Source: Selaginella moellendorffii (lineage: Eukaryota; Plantae; Lycopodiophyta). From it: DNA of 64,000 nt. The notes under the pieces are model-generated. The model ran no database searches and was not told the DNA's origin. It saw nothing but the letters and a program-made list of their open reading frames with translations. The translations under genes were made by a program, and so were the position numbers. Shown piece by piece: positions 63,674 through 64,000 of the stretch (within the stretch, counting starts at the first letter, position 1; each line of letters opens with the position of its first letter). The DNA lies in NCBI RefSeq assembly GCF_000143415.4, contig NW_003314388.1:124001-188000 (forward strand), in the 5' to 3' direction.

Positions 63674-64000
63674 TTACTCGTCGCTAGTAGCGGGAGGAGA
63701 CGAAGAATCCTGCTGATCGGACAGCCTGCTGGATGGCTCTTCCGTGCTGCTGTTGCGTGCCTGCACGGTAAGCTTCTGGATCTCAGCCGGCGATAGGATC
63801 CGTATGCATCGCACCGTCGTGCAAAACTCCCTGAAATGTAAAAACTCTTTTAAGCAAACACACCATGAAATGCACAGACGAGATCTTACTCCCAGGGGTC
63901 GTCTCCGACGAGCAGCATGTCGCCTTCGTTATCTACGTACACGGTTTGCCACTCGGACCCGTTCAGGCTCTCGTCAATGCCGAACAGATGCTGCAGCTCC
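63674..64000 (-). CDS. ARF: Auxin response factor (or Aux/IAA) C-terminal PB1 domain, last two exons
   Basis: [21 protein letters not shown]|[20 protein letters not shown], intron 63831-63889, TAA at 63676-63674. Confidence 0.88.

Overview
Eukaryotic, intron-containing plant nuclear DNA. The very short introns, tiny intergenic spacers and gene set suggest a seed-free vascular plant such as Selaginella; this is inferred, not verified. 1-26 kb is gene-dense: a segmental duplication (1-3085 ~ 12932-15768) involving a PHO1-type SPX-EXS gene and a coiled-coil gene, a plastid-targeted unknown, a CTF18 copy that lacks its ATPase Walker A/B segment, a two-TM unknown, a fasciclin-like AGP, a small secreted LRR protein, a C2H2/EAR zinc finger split by a 1-nt frameshift, and organellar gyrase B. 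26-53 kb is a transposon island that resolves by target-site duplications (TSDs) into a four-level nest of LTR elements plus a decayed Ty3/Gypsy pol. 53-64 kb holds a KUP/HAK K+ transporter, a SAC3/GANP gene, a non-coding tandem repeat and the 3' end of an ARF gene. The most striking signals are in the island. (1) A complete 5S-rRNA-bearing Cassandra-type TRIM. (2) A recently inserted large non-autonomous LTR element carrying a Cassandra unit fused in at its primer-binding site (PBS). (3) A large LTR element and a second, 5S-less TRIM joined in opposite orientations inside a single TSD. Together these suggest that miniature TRIMs are co-packaged and recombine or co-integrate with large partner elements. 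Exon boundaries and family names come from manual reading and recalled motifs, not database searches.
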